Of a stretch of 64,000 nt of DNA, positions 1 to 7,894 are shown piece by piece; the stretch's first letter is position 1, and the number at the start of each line of letters is the position of its first letter. Both the position numbers and the translations under genes were made by a program. The DNA is taken from assembly GCA_965248575.1 (NCBI GenBank), contig CBDFJQ010000002.1, positions 448,001-512,000 of the forward strand. Reading direction: 5' to 3'. Source of the DNA: Planctomycetota bacterium. GTDB lineage: Bacteria; Planctomycetota; B15-G4. The notes under the pieces are model-generated. The model had not been told where the DNA came from, did no database searches, and saw nothing but the letters and a program-made list of their open reading frames with translations.

Positions 1-357
1 TTCGATCGCTTCCTGAAGAGCGGAGCCTTGCCCGTACACGGGTCGGTCTACGCCGTGGCCCCGACGGTTCTGGGCCTGCTCGGGATCCCCGCCGCCCGAG
101 ACATGGAGCAGCGCGTGTATCGCAACATCCTGACCCCCGAGACCCGGGAGCGTGTCCAGGCCCTGGAGTTGGTGGAGACCCACGACGAAGGCTTCCGGGC
201 ACCGAGCCTGGTGCAGATGTCCAAGGCGGGGGAGGAAGCCTTCACGAGGCGCTTCAGGGAGCTGGGGTACCTCGGGGTTCCTGCTGCGGAGAACAGCCGG
301 ACCGTCAACCCGAACGACTACAAGCCGGACCTGGACCAGGAGGTGGACGAGGGCTGA
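1..357 (+). CDS. C-terminal part of an alkaline-phosphatase-superfamily (sulfatase/phosphodiesterase-like) protein; 5' end lies outside the window
   Basis: Frame is open from base 1 (FDRFLKSGALPVHGSVYAVAPTVLGLLGIP...); the 'VAPTVLGLLG' segment and C-terminal 'FRELGYLG' match the ends of the two sulfatase-fold proteins elsewhere in this window. Confidence 0.65.
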   Translation, partial: FDRFLKSGALPVHGSVYAVAPTVLGLLGIPAARDMEQRVYRNILTPETRERVQALELVETHDEGFRAPSLVQMSKAGEEAFTRRFRELGYLGVPAAENSRTVNPNDYKPDLDQEVDEG

Positions 358-572
358 GGGCGGCAGGCTCGGGAAGGGGCTAGAACGGACGCTTCGGATG
401 CCGGACAGCTTCCTCAAAGGCGAGGGGCCGCAGCGGCCGATAGAGGCGACGGGCCCGTTCCGGCGCTTCAATCGGCTCTTCCGATGCGCTACGTTCCCCC
501 ACTTCCGCGAGTGATTCGGCCCGGATCACCGCAACCAGGACTCAGCCCGTCCCCGAAAACAGGACTCGACCC

Positions 573-1229
573 ATGGCGGATTGCTTCGTTCCCTCCAAGG
601 CCCGTATCGAGAACACGGACATCGTGACCATCGACGACGATGACGACGATGCCCCCTGCGGCGAAGGCGGCAAGGAGGACAAGGGTGCGGGTGCCATGCT
701 GGGCCAGCGACTGCTGAAGAAGCGCGTCATCATGCTGGCCAAGCCGGTCGACCGTGACCTGATGGCGGCCACCGTGGCGCAGCTCCTGGTGCTCGATGCC
801 GAGTCGCATGAACCCATCACGATGTACATCAACTGCCCCGGTGGGGACGCGGACTCGGGCTTCGGCATGTACGACGCCATGAAGTTCATCGAGTCGCCCA
901 TCACGACGGTCTGCATGGGGCTGGCCGCCAGCGCGGCCATCATCATCTTCCTCGGCGGTGACAAGGGGCGTCGCTTCTCCATGCCCAACAGCCGCTTCCT
1001 GATCCACCAGCCCAGCAGCCAGGCCCAGGGCCAGGCCTCTGATCTTGAGATCACGGCCAATGAGATCCTGAAGACGCGCGACAAGTACAACGACATCATC
1101 GCAGCGGAAACGGGCGTGACAGCCAAGGCCATCGTGAAGGATGCCCATCGCGACTTCTGGCTGAGTGCCCAGGAAGCCGTGGACTACAAGCTCGCCGACA
1201 AGCTGGTCAGCAAGGCGTCCGAACTCTGA
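573..1229 (+). CDS. clpP: ATP-dependent Clp protease proteolytic subunit
   Basis: YINCPGG, GLAASAA (catalytic Ser), RFLIHQP (His), HRDFWLSAQEAVDY (Asp). Confidence 0.95.
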   Translation: MADCFVPSKARIENTDIVTIDDDDDDAPCGEGGKEDKGAGAMLGQRLLKKRVIMLAKPVDRDLMAATVAQLLVLDAESHEPITMYINCPGGDADSGFGMYDAMKFIESPITTVCMGLAASAAIIIFLGGDKGRRFSMPNSRFLIHQPSSQAQGQASDLEITANEILKTRDKYNDIIAAETGVTAKAIVKDAHRDFWLSAQEAVDYKLADKLVSKASEL

Positions 1230-1231
1230 GC

Positions 1232-2263
1232 CTAGCGGCGGGCGAGAACGTCCTTCAGGCGTTTCACCTCGTTGATCTGCTGGAAGATGGAGCCCCCTGA
1301 GAAGGGCTCGGCCTGTTCCACCAGTTGGCGTAGGGCATTGATGGCCTCGCGTTGGACGATGTTGTGGCTGTCGTCCAGAGCGCGCGCGATGCCGTGCACG
1401 GCCTGGCGGTCGCCGATGGCCTCCAGCAGCGCGATGGCAGACTGACGGTCGAGGGCGGCCCCCTCCGCGTTGGTTCCGTCCGCCTTTGGGTCGACCTTGA
1501 GTCGGGCACTCAGCGCTTCGTGTCGCCCGTGGTCCGCGAGGCCAGCGAGTGCCTGCCGGATGCGTTCACCCTGTTCGAGGCTCGCGGCCGTCTCTTCTGC
1601 GCTGAGTTTCTCGTCGCCCTGCCGGCCCTGCTCCACCCGATAGATGGTGGTGTAGACCTCGGCCAGGGCGCCCAGCCCCGCCTCGGTGCCCAAGGATGCC
1701 AGGCCCACCGCAGCCTCCAGCCGCAGCTCGGTGTCCCCATCCTCGAGCAGGGGCTCCAGTTGGGGGATCAGGTGCAGCAGCTGGAGCTCGCCCGCCTTGC
1801 GCGCCGCAAAGCGACGCAGGGCGAGGGGGGCGGGAGGCGTGGCCTCTAGCTGGGCTTCCACCAGATCCCAATCGCGCATGTCCGCCAGGCGCACGAGGCA
1901 GCTCTGGATGCTGGCCTGCTTGACGGTGCTGGTGGTCTTGGCCTCCTCGAGCAGGATCGGGATGGCCGCGCGCCCGAATTCCAGAACGCCTTGCTCCGCA
2001 ATGAGGCGCGCTTTCGTTTTCTTGGACGTGAGCTTCTTGATGACCCTGTCCAGCTTGGCCTTGTCCGTGGCGGACAGTGCCGGAGGAGCCTCAGGGGCCG
2101 GCAGCGCGGCCCGCAAGGCCGCCGGGTCGGGCGCGTCCTGGGGCTGGCTGAGGCTCGCGCCGAGCAGTCCGCTCATCACGCCCAGACAGAGGGCAGTCAG
2201 AGGCAGCACTCGAGCAAGAGGCGTGCAGGAGATGGGCGAGGGCAGGGCTCGGCGCTTCAGCAT
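1232..2263 (-). CDS. Exported HEAT-repeat protein
   Basis: Hydrophobic N-terminal signal; HEAT/PBS-like units 'LLEDGDTELRLEAAVGLASLG' and 'ALDDSHNIVQREAINALRQL'. Confidence 0.7.
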   Translation of the reverse strand: MLKRRALPSPISCTPLARVLPLTALCLGVMSGLLGASLSQPQDAPDPAALRAALPAPEAPPALSATDKAKLDRVIKKLTSKKTKARLIAEQGVLEFGRAAIPILLEEAKTTSTVKQASIQSCLVRLADMRDWDLVEAQLEATPPAPLALRRFAARKAGELQLLHLIPQLEPLLEDGDTELRLEAAVGLASLGTEAGLGALAEVYTTIYRVEQGRQGDEKLSAEETAASLEQGERIRQALAGLADHGRHEALSARLKVDPKADGTNAEGAALDRQSAIALLEAIGDRQAVHGIARALDDSHNIVQREAINALRQLVEQAEPFSGGSIFQQINEVKRLKDVLARR

Positions 2264-2326
2264 GGAAAACCCCTTCAGAGTCGGCGTTGTGACGGTGCAC
2301 TGGAACGGAGAGTATAGGGCTTGGCC

Positions 2327-3841
2327 ATGAACGTCACAGTCATCCTGCTCGCCTTGATCCTGGGACTTGCACCGCTGCTGGCGGGGCTGCTCGACGTGTT
2401 GACCACCCCGGAAGCCCTGGCTGATGTGTTCAACGCCCGGGTGCTCTCCCTGTGGGGGGGCACGGTGCTTCTGGGCCTGGCGACCGCCGCCAGTTCGATG
2501 TTGGTGGGCGTGCCCGTGGGCTGGACGGTGGCGCGCTGCCAGCGGACGGGCTGGGTGGGTGCACTCCTGCCCCTGCCCCTGATCCTGCCGCCTTGGGTGG
2601 TGGGCGTTGCCTGGACGGAGGCCGCGCCCCTGAGCGGCTTCTGGGGCGCTGTCTTCCTGCTGACGACCTCCTTGTGGCCGTTGGTGGCGCTCTTCGCCGT
2701 GCGTGGATTCCGGTCGACGACGCGGGCGGGGGAGACGGCGCGCCTGTTCCGCGGGCGATCTGCGTCTTGGAGGCAGGTGGAGTTGCCGCTGGCCATGCCG
2801 TCGATTCTGTCCGGCACGCTGCTCGTGTTCGTGTTCGCCACCACGGACTTTGGCGTGGTCGACTTCCTGTCGTTCAGTTCACCCGAGCCCTTCGTCGTAC
2901 TCTCGTCCGAGATCTTCCAGAAGTGGGCGCGGGTGCAAAGCGGCGCGGGGGCGGCAGCGGTGTCCGTGCCTGCGATCCTGTCATCGCTGCTGGCCCTGGC
3001 AGGCATCCTGCTGCTCGAGAGCCGACACGTCGGTCGCTTCCGTGGAGCGTTGCCCCGGGCGCCCCAGTTCCAACGGATGGGCGTGGGGCGTGGTCTCGGG
3101 CTGCTTGCCCTGGCAGCCGTGACGGCTGTCCCGCTCGTGGTCCTCGCGGGTTGGGCCCTGCGGGGTGAGACGGTGTTGGCCCCGATCGCTGCGCATCGCG
3201 ACAAGATCGTGCTCTCGGTGCTCGTGGCGGCGGCCACGGGCGCGTTGATCGCTGGCTTGGGCGTGAAGCTCGCGCGCCTGACCCTGGAATGGGGCCCGCG
3301 TCGAGGTGGGCGTCTGCTGGCGCTCCTGCTGTTGCCGCTGGCCGCTCCAGCCGTGACCTTCGCCGTGGGAGAGATCCGACTCTGGAACCACCCGCTCAAC
3401 CCGCTGTCCGACCTGATCTACCCTTCTCCGCTGCTGCTGGTGTTGGCGCTGACCGGACGCCTGCTGCCCCTGGGGGTGCTGGTGGCGCGGGCCGTGTTGG
3501 TACGCCAGGACAACTTGCCGTTCGCGGCCGCCCGGCTCGCGGGTCGCGGCGGGTGGGAGCGCTGGTGTCGTGTGGACCTCCCGATGCTGGCGCCGGCCAC
3601 GGGCCTGGCTTTCTCGCTCGGCTTCCTGCTCTCCATGCGTGAGCTGGACATGGTCGTGCTGGTGCCTGCGGGATCGGGCACGTTGGCGCACGTGATCTTC
3701 AGCATGGTTCACAACGGCTCCGATGCGGTGACGGCCGTGCTGTGCTTGACCCTGGTCGCCTTGGTCCTGGTTCCTGCCGCCGTGGCACGCCTGTTGGGGG
3801 TCCCTGGGGTCGATTGCGAGCCCCCCGGGGGCGTGCCATAG
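2327..3841 (+). CDS. ABC transporter permease, Fe3+/thiamine (FbpB/ThiP-like) type with two BPD_transp_1 halves
   Basis: Many TM segments; 'PLPLILPPWV', two degenerate EAA loops (ETARLFRG..., AAARLAGRG...) each followed by 'V.LP..P'; 'TDFGV' and 'MRELD' motifs. Confidence 0.8.
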   Translation: MNVTVILLALILGLAPLLAGLLDVLTTPEALADVFNARVLSLWGGTVLLGLATAASSMLVGVPVGWTVARCQRTGWVGALLPLPLILPPWVVGVAWTEAAPLSGFWGAVFLLTTSLWPLVALFAVRGFRSTTRAGETARLFRGRSASWRQVELPLAMPSILSGTLLVFVFATTDFGVVDFLSFSSPEPFVVLSSEIFQKWARVQSGAGAAAVSVPAILSSLLALAGILLLESRHVGRFRGALPRAPQFQRMGVGRGLGLLALAAVTAVPLVVLAGWALRGETVLAPIAAHRDKIVLSVLVAAATGALIAGLGVKLARLTLEWGPRRGGRLLALLLLPLAAPAVTFAVGEIRLWNHPLNPLSDLIYPSPLLLVLALTGRLLPLGVLVARAVLVRQDNLPFAAARLAGRGGWERWCRVDLPMLAPATGLAFSLGFLLSMRELDMVVLVPAGSGTLAHVIFSMVHNGSDAVTAVLCLTLVALVLVPAAVARLLGVPGVDCEPPGGVP

Positions 3842-3873
3842 TGGGTCGCCCCTCACGCCGCCCGGAACTCTCC

Positions 3874-4572
3874 ATGTCGTATGCCTTGCGCAGCATCGCG
3901 TTTGTAGCGGAGCTGATTCACCCCCCGGTCAAACACGAGCCGCGGGGGCTCCAACAGTTGCACGCGGAACTTTTCGAGCATCGCGACTGCAACTATCGCG
4001 ACTTCCGGATGGTTCCAGGGGGGGCGCAGTTCAGCAACTCGGCCCCTGGTGGGATGCCCGGTACGCCCGTGTCGGTGGCCAATGTGCTGGCTGACCGCAT
4101 CCAGATCCGTGAGGAGCAGACGGGCGTGTCCAAGGAGGACTTCGAGGCACGCTTGAGCGTCCTGGCCCAAAGCGCCTTGTCCGTCCTGCCCATGCAGCTC
4201 TTCATGGTCCAGCAGTTTGCGGTGAGGTCGCTCATCAATCCTCACTCCGTGGACGATGCGCGGGCCTTCATGATGCAGTCGGTGTTCGGCTACGACGAGA
4301 CGATGCTCGGAGTCTTTCCGGCGCAGCCGAGCCTGTCGGGCATGCGCTTCACATTCCCACCAGACCCCGAGACCCAAGCCGTGTTCAATATGCGGCTGGA
4401 GTCCTACAGCCAAGACAACCGCAGCTTGTTCCTCGAGAACGTCGGCACGTTCGGCAAGCCGCTGGCTGACGGTGCGCTGGGCGAACTGCCGGAACGATTC
4501 GCGAGCACCTACGACTTCATGCAGGACCAGATGGTGGGTTTCGTCTCGCAGTTCGACCACGAGGACGGGTGA
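3874..4572 (+). CDS. Hypothetical soluble protein (232 aa)
   Basis: ATG at 3874 (MSYALRSIAFVAELIHPP), typical GC3 codon bias; stop overlaps next start (TGATG). Confidence 0.75.
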   Translation: MSYALRSIAFVAELIHPPVKHEPRGLQQLHAELFEHRDCNYRDFRMVPGGAQFSNSAPGGMPGTPVSVANVLADRIQIREEQTGVSKEDFEARLSVLAQSALSVLPMQLFMVQQFAVRSLINPHSVDDARAFMMQSVFGYDETMLGVFPAQPSLSGMRFTFPPDPETQAVFNMRLESYSQDNRSLFLENVGTFGKPLADGALGELPERFASTYDFMQDQMVGFVSQFDHEDG

Positions 4573-6110
4573 TGCGGACCGCTGGCGGGCCACGAACCCG
4601 GGGTGGAGTCGTGTGGGGCGGGGCGTGGATGGCGGCCGTTCTTTGTCTGGCCGTCGCGTGTAGCGATGCCCCGCAGGAGGGTCCTTCCGAGCCCTCGCCG
4701 GCTGCTGGCGCCAACCTGATCATCATCTCCCTGGACACCTTTCGGAGCGACACCCTGTCGCTGGAGGAAGGCGGCGGTCCGCGCAAGATCACCCCGAACC
4801 TGGCGCGCTTCGCCGAGCAGAGCGTGACGTTCACCCACGCCCGTGCGACCGCGCCGCAGACCGCGCCGAGCCACATGTCGCTCTTCACGTCCATGTTGCC
4901 CAGTGTGCACGGCGTGCAGAATGTGCAGCACGCAGGGGGCGGCCCCCTGATCGAATCCGTGCCGGACTCCATCCCGACCCTGGCCGAAGTGCTGACGGCG
5001 GGCGGGTATCGGAGTGTGGGTCTGACCGACGGCGGGAACCTCAACCGGGCGCACGGGTTCCCACGCGGCTTCGAGCACTACACCGTGGACCTCTCGGGTG
5101 CCGAGGCGCAGGTTGCCGATGGGCTGAAGTGGCTCGACGAGCTGGCTGCTGCTGACTCGCCCTACTTCTTGTTCTGGCACACCTACGAGGTGCACGCGCC
5201 CTACGTCTCCCCACAGGAGTACATGGATCGTTGGGAGCCCAAGGGCTACGACGGGATCATGTCCGGCCGCCTTGCCCAACTCATGGGCCTCACCTTCCAG
5301 CAACGCTTCTCCGCCATGCGGTCCATCTTCTGGGTGGACAAGGAGCAGTTCGGGTGGCCCGAGTCGGCCTATCTGCACAGCCTCTACAAGGCAGGGGTTC
5401 AGTTCACCGACGCACAGCTGGGTGAGTTGCTGGACGGCATGGAGCAGCGCGGCGTCTTCGACGACACGATCGTGGTGATCCTCTCGGATCACGGCGAGGA
5501 GTTCTTCGAGCACGGCCAGTGGCAGCACGACCAGGTGTTCGAGGAGTGCCTGCGGGTGCCGCTCATGGTGCGCATGCCCGGAGGGGTCGGGGCGGGCACT
5601 CGCATCGACACGCCCGTGGGCATCCTGGATGTCATGCCCACGCTGCTCGAACTCATGGACATCGAGCCGGAGCAACTGCCGCTGGAGTCCATGCCCCGTA
5701 TGCAGGGCCTCTCCCTCGCCGGCAGTGTCCTGCAGGGGACGGAGCCCAGTCCCCGGCCCATCATCAGCGAGTACCGCGCCGACCGGAAGGGCAGCCCTCT
5801 CTACGACTGGCAGGTGGCCATCTACAACGAAGGCATGAAGTACATCGTGGATGAGCACCGCAGCCGGGACGGCGAGAAGCAGTACCTCTACAAGCTCTCT
5901 GCCGACCCGGACGAGCAAAGCAATCTCGCTGAGACTTCACCGGATGTGGTGGCCCGCTTCCGGAAGCTCCGGGAGCACTTCCACCAGGATCTGGAGGCCT
6001 ACGCGAACCTCGAGCGCATGAGCTCGGGAGAGAGCCTGGATTGCGACGCCCTGCGTCAGCTCGTGGAGCTGGGGTATGTCGGAGCCGAGGCGCTGAAGGA
6101 CTGCGACTAG
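4572..6110 (+). CDS. Sulfatase-fold hydrolase/transferase, probable lipoprotein
   Basis: NLIIISLDTFRSD, APQTAPSHMSLFTS, YEVHAPY, LSDHGEEF, 'DVMPTLL', C-terminal LVELGY; lipobox-like LAVAC. Confidence 0.88.
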   Translation: MRTAGGPRTRGGVVWGGAWMAAVLCLAVACSDAPQEGPSEPSPAAGANLIIISLDTFRSDTLSLEEGGGPRKITPNLARFAEQSVTFTHARATAPQTAPSHMSLFTSMLPSVHGVQNVQHAGGGPLIESVPDSIPTLAEVLTAGGYRSVGLTDGGNLNRAHGFPRGFEHYTVDLSGAEAQVADGLKWLDELAAADSPYFLFWHTYEVHAPYVSPQEYMDRWEPKGYDGIMSGRLAQLMGLTFQQRFSAMRSIFWVDKEQFGWPESAYLHSLYKAGVQFTDAQLGELLDGMEQRGVFDDTIVVILSDHGEEFFEHGQWQHDQVFEECLRVPLMVRMPGGVGAGTRIDTPVGILDVMPTLLELMDIEPEQLPLESMPRMQGLSLAGSVLQGTEPSPRPIISEYRADRKGSPLYDWQVAIYNEGMKYIVDEHRSRDGEKQYLYKLSADPDEQSNLAETSPDVVARFRKLREHFHQDLEAYANLERMSSGESLDCDALRQLVELGYVGAEALKDCD

Positions 6111-7345
6111 GGTAGGAAGCTCTTCACGGCCTTCAGCTTCTGCGGCAGGTACTCCTCGATCACGTAGTTGAGTCCCCACTTCGCGAGCGCCTGCTGCTCG
6201 GCGCGCACCTTCATCTTCAAGAGCTGGTTGATGGCCTTGTTCCAGGGCTTGCTCTGCTGGAAGAAGGGGTCGTTCTTCAGGGCGTCCTTGGCGCGCTTGA
6301 TGTCCACGTCGAGAAGAGGGTGGGTGGGCAGCTCGTAGTCGATGATGTCTTGCGGCGTGACGCCCAGGTAGTGGGCGTGGGGCACGCAGAAGAACCTGTT
6401 CAGGTGGGCTGTGTTGCCGGAGCCCACCTTGAGCGTGCGATAGATGTTGCTGATGCCGTAGGGGTCGCAGTCCACGAAGGCATAGACCGGGATCTTCTGG
6501 GCCTCGGACAGGCGGCGCACGAAGCGGCGCGTGGCGCGGGTGGGGACGCCGCCCATGGAGACGATGATGCAGTTGGCCGTGTTCCAGAAGCCGTGCACCT
6601 GGAGCCGCTGGAACATGCCGCCGGTCTCGATGGCGAGAATGAACTTGGCCTTGGTCTCGAACTGCAGATGCTCCACCGAGTGGGGGATCGTGTAGGCACC
6701 GCTGCCAAACTTGGTGCAGTCAATGCGCAGTTCCTCACCTGAGATGGCGTCACGGTCGAGGACTACGAGGTTGCCTGCCACCGCGCCGCCGTGCTCCTCC
6801 GGGTAGAAGCGCAGCTGCTCACGGGAGACGCCGTGCAGCGAGAACATGGACTCGATGTCGTCCATGACCGTGTCGGACTCGGGCTGTTCCTTGAAGCGCG
6901 CCTCGGCCCAGTTCTTGCTGACGTAGTACGCCTCCCTCTTGGTGGCGAAAGTGTCCTGCTCGATCATCTCCTTGGAGATGTTCAGCATCTTGAGGGTCTG
7001 GGCGAAGCTCTTCACGGTGTTGACCGTCAGCGTGCGTACCTTGCGCGCTTCGCCGATGGCGAGGTAGCCCACCTTCGGGTCGTAGTTCACGTTGGAGAGC
7101 GCGCGCACGGGGCTCTTCAGTTCGGGTGAGACCTTCTGCAGGATCTTCGAGTAGACCGTGCGAGCCGTTTTGTTGATGCAATCCACGGTGTGCTTGTCCG
7201 TCGCGTCCGTCACGGTGCGGCGGACTGGCTTCTTCGCGCTCTTCCTGCTCGCGGCCTTCTTGGGCGAAGCCTTGGCTTTGGGCGCAGCCTTCGGGCTGGC
7301 CTTGGGAGCGGTCTTGCGCGGCGTGGACTTCTTGGCGGGGGTCAC
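6107..7345 (-). CDS. top6A: DNA topoisomerase VI subunit A (Spo11-like)
   Basis: TKREAYY (catalytic Tyr region), Toprim ILAIETGGMF and FVDCDPYG (DxD), GVPTRATRRF, AEQQAL. Confidence 0.95.
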   Translation of the reverse strand: MTPAKKSTPRKTAPKASPKAAPKAKASPKKAASRKSAKKPVRRTVTDATDKHTVDCINKTARTVYSKILQKVSPELKSPVRALSNVNYDPKVGYLAIGEARKVRTLTVNTVKSFAQTLKMLNISKEMIEQDTFATKREAYYVSKNWAEARFKEQPESDTVMDDIESMFSLHGVSREQLRFYPEEHGGAVAGNLVVLDRDAISGEELRIDCTKFGSGAYTIPHSVEHLQFETKAKFILAIETGGMFQRLQVHGFWNTANCIIVSMGGVPTRATRRFVRRLSEAQKIPVYAFVDCDPYGISNIYRTLKVGSGNTAHLNRFFCVPHAHYLGVTPQDIIDYELPTHPLLDVDIKRAKDALKNDPFFQQSKPWNKAINQLLKMKVRAEQQALAKWGLNYVIEEYLPQKLKAVKSFLP

Positions 7346-7397
7346 GAGTGGTGTGTCCTATGCGTCCAGGGTGATGGGAGGCGCCGAAGCGCTCCCG

Positions 7398-7838
7398 TCA
7401 GTGGGTGGAGAGCTTTCGGGTGTCGAGGGCGCTGTCATTCCCATGCACGACGAAGGGCCTGTGAACCAGTGCCACGCTGTCTGCATAGGGGGAACCCTTC
7501 ACGAAGGCGCCGTCTTGGGTTTGCTCGTTCAAGGTGTAGGTCGTCGTGGCTTGCTGCGGCAGCCCCTGCCGCTCGATGCATTCGCGAAGATAGGCCATGC
7601 CGTGAGCGGTGACCTCCCGCACCGAGAACGCGTCCCAGCTGGACTCTGCGAGCAGGGTGCCGCTGATGCGCAGTTCGACCTGGTAGTCCACAGGTGCCTT
7701 GTCCAGGGCGGGGTCCGGGCTTGTCCGCTCCAGCTCGGCATGCAAGCGGAAGCGCATGATCTCACCGTGGTAGTGCTCACCGTCGACCACGGGCCAGAGT
7801 CGCCGGGAAAGGCCCAATGTGCACGAATACTTTGCCAT
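7398..7838 (-). CDS. Hypothetical protein (146 aa) between top6B and top6A
   Basis: ATG at 7838 preceded by GGAG; fills the gap between the subunits on the same strand; no recognisable motif. Confidence 0.55.
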   Translation of the reverse strand: MAKYSCTLGLSRRLWPVVDGEHYHGEIMRFRLHAELERTSPDPALDKAPVDYQVELRISGTLLAESSWDAFSVREVTAHGMAYLRECIERQGLPQQATTTYTLNEQTQDGAFVKGSPYADSVALVHRPFVVHGNDSALDTRKLSTH

Positions 7839-7894
7839 GACTCCAGTCTCCGAGTTGCAGTCCACGCCCCCGCACCGTTCCGGTCGGGAGCGAC

